From Clostridiales bacterium (GTDB lineage Bacteria > Bacillota > Clostridia > Peptostreptococcales > Anaerovoracaceae), in the NCBI GenBank assembly GCA_015058275.1, contig SVCQ01000002.1:52902-116901 (forward strand): DNA of 64,000 nt, read 5' to 3'. The notes beneath the pieces are model-generated. The model ran no database searches, was not told where the DNA came from, and saw nothing but the letters and a program-made list of their open reading frames with translations. Shown piece by piece: positions 17,474 to 26,506 of this stretch; the first letter of the stretch is position 1, and the number at the start of each line of letters is the position of its first letter. The position numbers and the translations under genes are program-made.

Positions 17474-18124
17474 TTGCGGCTTAACGCAGCGGTACAGATA
17501 AACAGACAAGGAGCAGATTTGCTTAGTAAGATAGCAGTTTTCGGTGACAGTATCACATACGGACAAAAGGATCTGGAGGCAGGCGGCTGGGTAAACCGCC
17601 TGCGTCTGGACCTGGCTAATGACAGCTCGGTACCGGGCTGCCATGTCTTTAATATGGGAATATCCTCGCAGACCACGGGCGAGGTCCTCGAGCGCATGGA
17701 GCGTGAGTGCAAAGGGCGCATGCTCGATGGCTTCAACAGGATCATCATCCTGGCTGCGGGCATCAACGATACCCAGATAAGGGACGGAGAAGTACTCGTG
17801 CCTTTGACTGAATTCAGGGGGAACATCGTTAAGCTTATAGATGCTGCTAAGCGCCATGCGGACCACGTGATCTATGTGGGCCTCACTCCTGTCAGAGAGA
17901 AGGCCACCAATCCGTGGGACAAAGTGAGCAGCTGGAAAAACGAATACATCAAAAGGTATGATGCCGTGATACAGGAGATCTGCGCCGATGAGGGCGTGTG
18001 CTATGTCCACATGTACGATCAGATCGATCCTGCGCTCAACAGGGACGGGCTTCATCCTTCGGAGGAAGGCCACATTAAGATGGCTGCTGTAATGGGACAG
18101 ACAGTAAGAGAGTTCATGAAATGA
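17474..18124 (+). CDS. SGNH/GDSL hydrolase
   Basis: Block I FGDSITYG, block III GINDT, block V DGLHPS. The true start is probably TTG 17519 (AAGGAG at 17508-17513), not the ORF-track start. Confidence 0.82.
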   Translation: MRLNAAVQINRQGADLLSKIAVFGDSITYGQKDLEAGGWVNRLRLDLANDSSVPGCHVFNMGISSQTTGEVLERMERECKGRMLDGFNRIIILAAGINDTQIRDGEVLVPLTEFRGNIVKLIDAAKRHADHVIYVGLTPVREKATNPWDKVSSWKNEYIKRYDAVIQEICADEGVCYVHMYDQIDPALNRDGLHPSEEGHIKMAAVMGQTVREFMK

Positions 18125-18765
18125 AAAAACCATACGTGATCCTGGATTTTGACGGGACGATTGCAAATACGAATAACATCATAGTCGAATCGTGGCAGGC
18201 GACCTTTGAGCACTACCTCGGACATCGCAAGCCGGTAAGGGAGGTCGAAGCGACATTCGGCGAGACTCTTAAGCACACAATAGAAGAACTCCTGCCGGGA
18301 GAGGACTACGAGGAGGTCAGGGACTTCTACAGGGACTACCAGTATGCCCACAATAAGGGCGCGGTATACGTCTTTGATGGCGTGAGAGAGATGATGGAGC
18401 TCCTCAAGGTAGAGGGGCACAGGATAGGCATCGCGACCTCGCGTACAGCTCACAGCTTCTGGACTTACATGAGAGAGCTTGACCTCGATGAGTATGTGGA
18501 CGTGCTGGTCACGATGGAGGATGTAAAGAAACACAAGCCCGATCCGGAGTCCATCAACAAGGTGCTCGAGCAGTTCGGCGCCGGGCCTGAGGAGGCTATC
18601 ATGGTGGGCGATACCAAGTACGACATAGGCTGCGCCAACAACGCGGGAGTCGACAGCGTGCTGGTGAGATGGAGCCACTACGTTGACGAAGAGGCCATGG
18701 AGGCCGAGGGATATGTGCCGACATACTATATAGACAAACCCGATGAGCTCATGGAGCTGATCTGA
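18121..18765 (+). CDS. HAD-superfamily phosphatase (PpaX/phosphoglycolate phosphatase-like)
   Basis: Motif I LDFDGTIANT, motif II ATSR, motif III/IV K...GDTKYDI. The ATG overlaps the upstream stop (ATGA). Confidence 0.82.
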   Translation: MKKPYVILDFDGTIANTNNIIVESWQATFEHYLGHRKPVREVEATFGETLKHTIEELLPGEDYEEVRDFYRDYQYAHNKGAVYVFDGVREMMELLKVEGHRIGIATSRTAHSFWTYMRELDLDEYVDVLVTMEDVKKHKPDPESINKVLEQFGAGPEEAIMVGDTKYDIGCANNAGVDSVLVRWSHYVDEEAMEAEGYVPTYYIDKPDELMELI

Positions 18766-18778
18766 TCAAGGAGGATAA

Positions 18779-19889
18779 ATGTTACAGCTTGACGAAATAA
18801 GAAGCCAGCTTCCGGCTCTGTTAGAGCAGATAGAGGAAGTGGGAGGTTATCTTTGACCCGGAAGGGCTCAGGAAACGAATCAGCGAGCTTGAAGACGAGA
18901 GTCTGAAGGCAGGCTTCTGGGATGACCAGAAGAACGCACAAAAGGTGCTCAAGGAGAAGAAATCCCTCGAGGGCAGGCTCGGGACGTACGAGAGGCTCGC
19001 CTCCGAGGCGGAGGAGCTGCCGGAGCTTATAGATATAGCTGAGGAGCTCGAGGATGAGGATGAGGCAGGCAGTGTCATCAGGAGCTTTGGGAGGCTCACT
19101 GAAGAGATCGAGGACCTCAAGACAGGCATGCTGCTGTCCGGCAAATACGACGGCAAGGATGCCATACTCAGCATACACGCGGGTACCGGCGGGGTGGACG
19201 CCAACGACTGGGCTGAGATGCTCGAGAGGATGTACCTCAGATATTGCGAGAAGAAAGGCTTCAGGACGAAGATACTCGACAGACAGGATGATGTCGATTA
19301 CGGCATCAAGAGCTCGACCATCCAGGTGGAGGGCGACAATGCCTACGGCCTGCTCAAGTCGGAGACCGGTGTGCACAGGCTGGTGCGCATCTCGCCGTTC
19401 AACTCGATGGGCAAGCGCCAGACCTCCTTCGCGGCGGTCGAGGTCATCCCTGACATAGGAGACGACATCGAGGTCAATATAGATCCTCAGGATCTCAAGA
19501 TAGATACATACAGGTCGGGCGGAGCCGGCGGACAGCATGTCAATACCACCGACTCGGCCGTCAGGATCACTCACCTGCCGACAGGCATAGTGGTGACCTG
19601 CCAGAACGAAAGGTCCCAGATCATGAACCGTGAAGTCGCGATGAAGATACTGGTGTCCAAGCTGACGAGGATAGCAGAGGAGGCCCACAAGGAGAACCTC
19701 AACGAGATCAAGGGCGACCAGTCCATGGCCACATGGGGCTCCCAGATCCGCAACTACGTCTTCCAGCCATACACCATGGTCAAGGACACAAGGACGGGCG
19801 CCGAGGTAGGTAACGTGGACGCTGTCATGGACGGAGACATCGATGTCTTTGTCAGGGCCAAGCTCTCGGCGGACGCCGCAGTCAAATAG
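18779..19889 (+). CDS. prfB: peptide chain release factor 2 (two frames joined by programmed +1 frameshift at 18851-18857)
   Basis: Frame 0 is ATG 18779 ... GGY L(CTT) TGA at 18854-18856. The +1 frame continues as DPEGLRKRISELE... into the 314-aa ORF-track product, which carries the SPF (ISPFNS) and GGQ (SGGAGGQHVN) motifs. Confidence 0.92.
18841..18857 (+). promoter_or_regulatory. prfB autoregulatory +1 frameshift site
   Basis: Internal SD-like GGGAGG (18841-18846), then TAT CTT TGA C. Confidence 0.9.
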
Positions 19890-19922
19890 GATTCTCACAC
19901 ACGCAGCACAGGACTTATCAGT

Positions 19923-22900
19923 ATGCTCAGACTGTACGCAGGCAGAGAGAATATAGACAAAGAACGTTTCATCTACGACCGCATCAGAGAGCGGGGAGGT
20001 GAGACGTTCGTTTTGGTGCCTGATCAGTACACCCTTGTGGCTGAGGAGCAGGCTCTGAGGTTCCTTGAGACGGACTGCCTCTTTGATACCGAGATACTCT
20101 CGATGAACCGCCTGGGCCTCAGGATACTCACCGGGCAGGGCACGGAGTCGGTCAGGATGCTTGACAAGTACGGGCGCTTCATGCTGCTCAACATGATAGT
20201 CAGAGACCACATGGACGACTTCGAGATCTTCCGGCTCTCAGCCGGCAAGATCAGCTTTACCCGCATGCTCAACGACTTCATATCCGACTTCAAGCAGCAG
20301 GACTGCACTGCGGATGAGATAGAGGAGCTCCTCTCGGGCAGCGGCGATGATCCGGTGCTCGGAGCCAAGCTAAGAGAGCTCAGGGGAGTGATCGAAGCCT
20401 ACGAGGAGGCCATCAAAGGACGCTATACCGACTCAGAGGACTACATATCCATGTATGTGAGGGCCATCAGGGATTCGGCCCTCGTGCGCGGACGCACATT
20501 CTGGATATACGGCTACGACAGCATAACTCCAAAGTTCGCGGATGCGGTGATGGAGCTTGCGGGCGCTGCAGAGTCAGTCAACTTCATAGTCAACAGAAGC
20601 GACTTCGGGCTCGACAGACAGCTCATATACTCCCTCAGGAGCCTCGCGTCGGACAGGGGCATAGACTTCAGCTGCGAGGAGATAGAGGAGATCAGCAGGG
20701 CCGCTGACGGCAGCTGTCCTTATATCATTAATAAATCCGAGACCATATCCCGCATCGAGAGGCTTTTATGGAAGGATGTCCTAAGCAAGGGAGACAGGGA
20801 TGCCAACCGAGACTTCGTGCCGGAGGACCTGACCGTGGTGTGCGCGGCCAATCCGTACTACGAGGCAGAGAGCGCCGCGGCGTACATCTGGCATCTTGTC
20901 AGAGACCTGGGATACAGGATGAGAGACATCCAGGTCATAGCCAACGACGAGGGAGCGATGCAGCCTATCATCAGGAGGGTGTTTGCCGGATACGGCCTGC
21001 CGGTCTTTGCGGACACTTCAAGAGACATCACCGGCAGCGCCGCAGTCAGCTTCATAGTCAGCCTGCTTGAGTTCGTCAGGAGGCGCAAGGTATCCTCATA
21101 CCTCTTTGCGATGCTCAAGACGGGACTTACATCATACGGCGATGAGGACATAGAGGAGCTGGAGAACTACGTGAGAGCATACCGCATCAGGGGCTCCATG
21201 TGGGACAAGCCGTTCAGATACGGAGAGGAAGAGCTCGGATCAGAGCTCTTCTCAAAACTCGAGGCCATGAGAGGAGACATCATGGAGAGGGTCGCGGGGC
21301 TTTCTGAGATAGCCGGCTCGAAGTCCGATCCAAGAACGGTGTCCGGATTCACATCTTCTCTCAGGACTTATCTTGACAGCGCCTGGGGGCTCGGCGCAGC
21401 CGTGGCTGAGGCGGCCGAAGCCCAGGCCGCAGAAGGCCTGCACGATGAGGCCCAGCGCATGACGCAGAGCTATGAGAAGGCTCTCGAGCTGCTCGGCCAG
21501 ATGGACGAGATAATGGGAGATGCCCCGCTTGATCTTGCGGAATTCACGGACATTTACGTGACCGGACTTTCGGATGTGGAGGTCGGAGTCATACCTCCGA
21601 CTGTCGACGGACTTTCGATGGGTACCATGATCAGGACCCGCCCGAGACAGATGAAGGCCGCTGTCATACTCGGAGCCAATGAGGGCGTCATGCCGCTCTC
21701 GCCTCAGACAGAGGGGCTGTTCTCCGTGGACGAAAAGGAATACTTCAAGGACAAGGGCTTTGCCCTCGGCAGGCTCGATGATGTCAAGATGGACGAAGAG
21801 AACGCGGCCATGTACAGGATGATGTCGAGGCCGTCTGAGAAGATATACATAAGCTGGTCCATGACGGATACAAAGGGAGATGATGCGAGCGCAGGCCCTG
21901 TGATCGAATCCCTTGAGAACCTCTTCCCGAAGATAAAGGAAGAGGGCTTCATCAGGAAGGATGTCATCAGCGAGGGCTGGACTCCGGATCTTGTACAGGA
22001 TCCGGGCGATGCGATGAGACATCTCATCAACCGCATCATGGACAGGGAGGCTCCCGAGGAGCCGGAGGCGCTAACAAAGGCCCTTCTCAGATGGTATAGA
22101 GACAACAGAAAGCATGAACTCGATACCATGCTCGAAGCTGCGGACTACGACAACGATCCGGCGCCGCTTGCAGGCAGCGTGGCCAGAGGCCTCTTTGCCG
22201 GAAGCGACGGAGCTCTCAAGCTCAGCGCCTCATCGATCAGCAATTACGTCGATTGCCCGTTCAAGTACTTCGTCAGCAGGGGGCTCAGGCCGCAGGAGGA
22301 GAGAGAATTCGCAAGCGACCGCCGCAGCGTGGGAGACATATACCACGAATGCCTCATGGCGGTGGCCCGTCAGATAATGGGCGACAGAGGACTGCTCGAG
22401 AGGATAAGAGACGGCAGTGATGAGGAGCTCGAGAGACTGGTCGGGGATGCTCTTGATGAGCTCTCGCGCAGCTACAGGGGAGGACTCTTCATATCCGCCG
22501 GAAGCGAAGAGTACAGGATGAGCCGCATCAGGGAGATATGCGCTTCGGCCGCAAAGGCCATGGCGGCCCAGCTGACGGCTGAGACCGTAAGCTCCGCGGA
22601 GTTCGAGGAGAGATTCGGACGCGGCGGGCGCTTCGATCCTATCGTCCTCGAGGTCGGAGGCGACAAGGTCTACGTCGAGGGCAAGATAGACAGGGCGGAT
22701 GTGATCGATGTGGACGGCGAGGAGCGCATCAGGATAATCGATTACAAGACAGGTTCGGACAGCCTCGATCTCTGGAAGATGAGGCAGGGCCTCAAGATGC
22801 AGCTCATGATATACCTCATTTCCGCTTCGACGGGCGGCATGGAGCCTGCAGGGATGTTCTACTTCAACATCAAGGATCCTATAGTGTCCGTCAACGACAA

Positions 22901-23279
22901 GTCGGCGGGCGCCGATCAGAAGGCCCTGGACAGACAGCCGGGTGATGAGTTCAGGCTCAAGGGCGCTTTCTTAAATGAAGAGGGCGTGCTCGATGCGATG
23001 CCGCAGTCGGTGCTCTCGTCGGCCAGAGGCGGCATAAGCCGAGAGGTCTACGAGGCCGTCAGAGACGATGTCGTCAAAAGGATGGAGGAGACGGCGTCCG
23101 GCATACTCGGAGGCAGGATAGGGATCAACCCGGTCAGGGACAAGAACGCCCTCGCCTGCAATTACTGTGAATTCAAGTCGGTCTGCAGGCGCGACCGCGG
23201 ATATGTCAAGAACTCGGCGAGGATCATAAAGCCTGCGCCTGACAAAGAGGATAAGGAAGAGACAGACAATGTCGATTGA
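19923..23279 (+). CDS. addB: helicase-exonuclease AddAB subunit B (RexB-type)
   Basis: AddB-like N-terminus lacking a Walker A motif. C-terminal PD-(D/E)xK nuclease (IDYKTG) flanked by Fe-S cysteines (CPFKYF ... CNYCEFKSVC). Confidence 0.85.
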   Translation: MLRLYAGRENIDKERFIYDRIRERGGETFVLVPDQYTLVAEEQALRFLETDCLFDTEILSMNRLGLRILTGQGTESVRMLDKYGRFMLLNMIVRDHMDDFEIFRLSAGKISFTRMLNDFISDFKQQDCTADEIEELLSGSGDDPVLGAKLRELRGVIEAYEEAIKGRYTDSEDYISMYVRAIRDSALVRGRTFWIYGYDSITPKFADAVMELAGAAESVNFIVNRSDFGLDRQLIYSLRSLASDRGIDFSCEEIEEISRAADGSCPYIINKSETISRIERLLWKDVLSKGDRDANRDFVPEDLTVVCAANPYYEAESAAAYIWHLVRDLGYRMRDIQVIANDEGAMQPIIRRVFAGYGLPVFADTSRDITGSAAVSFIVSLLEFVRRRKVSSYLFAMLKTGLTSYGDEDIEELENYVRAYRIRGSMWDKPFRYGEEELGSELFSKLEAMRGDIMERVAGLSEIAGSKSDPRTVSGFTSSLRTYLDSAWGLGAAVAEAAEAQAAEGLHDEAQRMTQSYEKALELLGQMDEIMGDAPLDLAEFTDIYVTGLSDVEVGVIPPTVDGLSMGTMIRTRPRQMKAAVILGANEGVMPLSPQTEGLFSVDEKEYFKDKGFALGRLDDVKMDEENAAMYRMMSRPSEKIYISWSMTDTKGDDASAGPVIESLENLFPKIKEEGFIRKDVISEGWTPDLVQDPGDAMRHLINRIMDREAPEEPEALTKALLRWYRDNRKHELDTMLEAADYDNDPAPLAGSVARGLFAGSDGALKLSASSISNYVDCPFKYFVSRGLRPQEEREFASDRRSVGDIYHECLMAVARQIMGDRGLLERIRDGSDEELERLVGDALDELSRSYRGGLFISAGSEEYRMSRIREICASAAKAMAAQLTAETVSSAEFEERFGRGGRFDPIVLEVGGDKVYVEGKIDRADVIDVDGEERIRIIDYKTGSDSLDLWKMRQGLKMQLMIYLISASTGGMEPAGMFYFNIKDPIVSVNDKSAGADQKALDRQPGDEFRLKGAFLNEEGVLDAMPQSVLSSARGGISREVYEAVRDDVVKRMEETASGILGGRIGINPVRDKNALACNYCEFKSVCRRDRGYVKNSARIIKPAPDKEDKEETDNVD

Positions 23280-24279
23280 GATCGTGTCCGTGGGCAGCAG
23301 CAGCTCGGGCAATTCATACATAATAATGACGGGCGGACGCACCCTGATACTCGATGCGGGGCTCCCGGCCAAAAAGATCATGGCGGCTCTTGAGAGCCTC
23401 GGCACCGATCCTGAGGAAGTGGATGCCGTGCTCATAACGCATGAGCACATCGATCACGTCAGGAGCATCAGAGCGGTGAGCCGCAAGTGCTCCGAGGCGG
23501 TGGTCGTGGCCAGCAGAGGCACAGCGGAGCACACAGAGAACTTCCGCCACGTGCCGGAAGAGCGTCTTCGTCTCATAAAAGCGGGCGAGAGAATCACTCT
23601 GGGGCGCCGCGAGGGCATGTCAGAATATTTAGAAGATTGTAAGGATATTACGATAAAGGCCTTTGCACTGAGCCATGACGCGGCCGAGCCGCTGAGCTAT
23701 GTCATATCCGACGGAGATGAGAGCATCGCGGCCGTGACAGACAGCGGGGTCATTACTGATGAGATATTTGAGGCCGTAAGGGACGCAGACCAGCTGGTCT
23801 TTGAGGCCAACCACGATGTGGACATGCTGATGTTCGGAGAGTATCCTTATCCGGTCAAGGTGAGGATCAAGGGCGACAGAGGGCATCTCTCAAACGACTA
23901 CGCCGGGGATGTGCTTACCCGCATACTCGAATACCGCTGCCATTACGCTCAGGGAGATTCTTCGGTCGCTACGCTCCCTCAGAATGACAGAGTAGAATGT
24001 CATCCTGAGCGCAGCGAAGGATCTCAGGGAGATTCTTCGGTCGCTACGTTCCCTCAGAATGACAAAAAACCGCTGCGCATCATGCTGGCTCACCTGAGCT
24101 TTCACAACAACATGCCGCTCTTTGCGAGGCAGACAGTCGAGGCAGCTCTTCACGATGCGGGATTCACAAGAGGCATCGACTACACTCTCGAGGTGGCGGC
24201 CAAGGAGGGACTGACATTCATGGAGCCTCTTAATGTCGAGGACGGAAGCCTCAGGCCTTCGGGCGATATATCGGAATAG
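23269..24279 (+). CDS. MBL-fold metallo-hydrolase (YycJ/WalJ-like) with ~40-aa repeat-derived insertion
   Basis: HEHIDH metal motif, GHLSN and LAHLS motifs. The ATG overlaps the addB end by 11 nt. Residues QGDSSVATLPQNDRVECHPERSEGSQGDSSVATFPQND are encoded by the palindromic repeat. Confidence 0.85.
   Translation: MSIEIVSVGSSSSGNSYIIMTGGRTLILDAGLPAKKIMAALESLGTDPEEVDAVLITHEHIDHVRSIRAVSRKCSEAVVVASRGTAEHTENFRHVPEERLRLIKAGERITLGRREGMSEYLEDCKDITIKAFALSHDAAEPLSYVISDGDESIAAVTDSGVITDEIFEAVRDADQLVFEANHDVDMLMFGEYPYPVKVRIKGDRGHLSNDYAGDVLTRILEYRCHYAQGDSSVATLPQNDRVECHPERSEGSQGDSSVATFPQNDKKPLRIMLAHLSFHNNMPLFARQTVEAALHDAGFTRGIDYTLEVAAKEGLTFMEPLNVEDGSLRPSGDISE
23947..24064. repeat. palindromic repeat family, three arms, inserted in-frame within the MBL hydrolase CDS
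   Basis: GAGATTCTTCGGTCGCTACGCTCCCTCAGAATGACA (23954-23989), ATGTCATCCTGAGCGCAGCGAAGGATCTC (23997-24025), and a second GAGATTCTTCGG...CAGAATGACA (to 24064). Same family as 2127-2224. Confidence 0.85.
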
Positions 24280-24287
24280 GTAGGGAC

Positions 24288-24767
24288 ATGCTGGATATAA
24301 GGATAATCTGCGTAGGCAAGTTCAAAGAGAAATACTGGGAAGCCGCATCGGCCGAGTACATAAAGAGGCTCGGCGCGTATTGCAATGTGTCGGTCACAGA
24401 GATAAAGGAGGAGAAGCTTCCGGCCAACGCATCGGCCGCAGACGAGAGGAACGTCAAGGAGGCCGAGGGCAGGGCGATACTCGCAAAGCTCTCAAAGGGC
24501 GGTGCGGTCATTGCCATGGATATCAGGGGCAAGGAGCTCAGCTCTGAGGATTTTGCGGATAAAATCCGCCAAACAGCCTTTACACATTCGACGATTGATT
24601 TTATAATAGGCGGCAGTCTGGGACTCAGCGATGAAGTTATCAGACGGGCAGACTTCAGGATGAGCTTCGGCAGGATAACCCTGCCTCACCAGCTCGCCAG
24701 GGTGGTGCTGCTCGAACAGATATACAGGGCGTTCAAGATAAACGCCGGAGAGACTTATCATAAATAG
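24288..24767 (+). CDS. rlmH: 23S rRNA (pseudouridine1915-N3)-methyltransferase
   Basis: SPOUT family of 159 aa with the typical (E/D)xRG...S(E/S)xFA pattern (MDIRGKELSSEDFA) and FIIGGSLG...SFGRITLPHQL motifs. Confidence 0.9.
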   Translation: MLDIRIICVGKFKEKYWEAASAEYIKRLGAYCNVSVTEIKEEKLPANASAADERNVKEAEGRAILAKLSKGGAVIAMDIRGKELSSEDFADKIRQTAFTHSTIDFIIGGSLGLSDEVIRRADFRMSFGRITLPHQLARVVLLEQIYRAFKINAGETYHK

Positions 24768-24920
24768 AGATCCTTCGCTGCGCTCAGGATGACAGAGGCG
24801 CTCAGGATGACAGAGGCGCTCAGGATGACAGAGGCGCTCAGGATGACAGAGGCGCTCAGGATGACCTGTCACTGTGTCATTCTGAGGAAGCGTAGCGACC
24901 GAAGAATCCCGATGAGATCC
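24767..24920. repeat. palindromic repeat family copy with ~4.8x 18-nt tandem expansion
   Basis: GCGCTCAGGATGACAGAG repeated at 24780-24797, 24798-24815, 24816-24833 and 24834-24851, plus a partial unit. Then TGTCACTGTGTCATTCTGAGGAAGCGTAGCGACCGAAGAATCCC. The repeat begins on the last base of the rlmH stop codon. Confidence 0.88.
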
Positions 24921-24952
24921 AGGAAGACAGGAAATAAGAAAGGAATAAACGG

Positions 24953-25132
24953 ATGGCGAATAAATACAGCAAGAGCAATATTTCAAGCAAGGCCTCGGAG
25001 GCCAAGACGATGCAGGAGTACGAAGAGAGACGCAAGAGACTCAACACCGGAGCCAAGGTCATGGCTATAATTCTGATAGCCGCGATGGTGGTCTTCTACG
25101 TGCTTGAGGCAGGCATCTCATTGATGAATTGA
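24953..25132 (+). CDS. 59-aa small protein with C-terminal TM helix (hypothetical)
   Basis: ATG 24953 with GAAAGGA about 8 nt upstream. Lys/Glu-rich N-terminus, then VMAIILIAAMVVFYVL. A strong terminator follows. It is just under the ORF-track length cut-off. Confidence 0.4.
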   Translation: MANKYSKSNISSKASEAKTMQEYEERRKRLNTGAKVMAIILIAAMVVFYVLEAGISLMN

Positions 25133-25167
25133 TAAGACTCCGGGACAGGCCCGGGATACATCATGCA

Positions 25168-25197
25168 GTCCGGACGGCAAGTCCGGATTGTTTTTTT
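25168..25197 (+). terminator. intrinsic terminator
   Basis: GTCCGGAC (25168-25175) / GTCCGGAT (25181-25188) stem followed by TGTTTTTTT. Confidence 0.75.
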
Positions 25198-25281
25198 GTG
25201 TTTGATTCCCCAAACCGGCATTTTTCAAGCCCTTGAAAACACTACGTTAAAAGATTGTCAACTAACTTGTTAATGTTTTGT

Positions 25282-25310
25282 TTGAAGTGGTACCGGACTG
25301 ATACTATAAT
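25282..25310 (+). promoter_or_regulatory. candidate promoter of the V-ATPase operon
   Basis: TTGAAG (25282-25287), 17-nt spacer, TATAAT (25305-25310). Confidence 0.55.
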
Positions 25311-25377
25311 TATTACAGGTATGATTTAACGCAAATACGGAATTTGCAGAACTTGTTTTACACAACAGGAGGTGCCT

Positions 25378-25941
25378 ATGGAATTACAGATTCAAGACCT
25401 TGTTACCTCTATCCGCAAAGAAGGGGTAGAGGCGGCAAACGCCGAAGCGGAGTCGATCATCGCTGAAGCCAGGAAGAAGGCCGAATCGATCATAAGCAGC
25501 GCAAAGGCCGAGGCACAGCAGTACAAGGATGCTGCCGAAAAGGACATCAATATCCTTAAGGAAAGTGCCGAAGTCGGTGCTGAGCAGGCTAAGAGGGATG
25601 CCGTTCTGGCATTCAAGTCTGAGATCCAGGCTGAATTCGAAAAGATCCTCGCCACTAACATCAGCAAAGAGCTCAAGGGCGATGGTCTCGGCAAGCTGAT
25701 CCGCGCGGCTGTTGCCGGCGAGAACGTTGCAGATTGTGTTGCGGAGGTCGCCGAGGTAAGTGATGCCCTCAAGGCTGAGCTTGCCAAGGAGATCAAGGAC
25801 GGACTGGAGATCAGACCGACAAAGAACGTACAGCAGGGATTCCGTCTTGCGTCAAAGGACGGGTCCGGCTATTTTGACTGTTCAGATGAGGGTATCATGG
25901 AGATGCTGATGCCGTACTTCAGAGATCTGGACTTCCAGTAA
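25378..25941 (+). CDS. ntpE: V-type ATPase subunit E
   Basis: Long Ala/Glu/Lys coiled-coil N-terminus (EAESIIAEARKKAESIISSAKAEAQQ) and a globular C-terminus. ATG 25378 lies 5 nt after AGGAGG. The ORF-track GTG 25372 overlaps the SD. Confidence 0.8.
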   Translation: MELQIQDLVTSIRKEGVEAANAEAESIIAEARKKAESIISSAKAEAQQYKDAAEKDINILKESAEVGAEQAKRDAVLAFKSEIQAEFEKILATNISKELKGDGLGKLIRAAVAGENVADCVAEVAEVSDALKAELAKEIKDGLEIRPTKNVQQGFRLASKDGSGYFDCSDEGIMEMLMPYFRDLDFQ

Positions 25942-25956
25942 AGAAGGAGGCACAGT

Positions 25957-26478
25957 ATGGCTTCGTATTATTATCTGATAGCAAGCCTGCCTGAGCTTAG
26001 AGCAGATGGAGACATGCCGCTTACCTACAGCGAATTTCTCCAGTGCTGCCAGTCAAATGTTAGTGATTCGGATTATGAGCGCCTGAGAGACCTGACTCTC
26101 GATTCATCTGAGGGACCTCTCCTCAATGAATGGTCAAAGTTCTACGGCATGCTCAAAAAGGAACTCGGCTACCAGAGGAGCATGAACCTCGGCAAGTCAT
26201 ATTCATCCGCCTATGACAAGGACGGCATGATAGCACAGGTCGTCGGTGCAGCTCTCGCATCCAAGAACCCGCTCGAAGCGGAGAGGATGCTCCTGGAGTA
26301 TGAGTTCGACAACCTCGATTCACTCGTCGGACTGCACATGTTCGATGACTATGTGCTGTTCGGCTATGCGATCAAATTGAAGCTGCTGGAGCGTCTGAGC
26401 TGTTTCGAGCAGACGAAAGGCAAGGCTGAATTCAATTCCCTCTTCGAAGGAATACAGCAGCGCGTTTACAGTTTATGA
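25957..26478 (+). CDS. DUF2764 protein (accessory/C-like subunit of Bacteroides/Chlamydia-type V-ATPase operons)
   Basis: N-terminus MASYYYLIASLPEL is the hallmark I associate with DUF2764. The gene sits between the E and A subunits. Confidence 0.7.
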   Translation: MASYYYLIASLPELRADGDMPLTYSEFLQCCQSNVSDSDYERLRDLTLDSSEGPLLNEWSKFYGMLKKELGYQRSMNLGKSYSSAYDKDGMIAQVVGAALASKNPLEAERMLLEYEFDNLDSLVGLHMFDDYVLFGYAIKLKLLERLSCFEQTKGKAEFNSLFEGIQQRVYSL

Positions 26479-26506
26479 TGCGCTCGGAATTTAACAGGAG
26501 TGTTAT

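Noticed and set aside
24789-25070. ORFs translated from the tandem repeat: MTEALRMTEALRMT... on the plus strand, and ...CHPERLCHPERLCHPERL... at 24492-24986 on the minus strand.
   Set aside because: The periodic peptide sequence simply reflects the 18-nt DNA repeat. There is no SD, and the ORFs overlap rlmH or intergenic repeat DNA.
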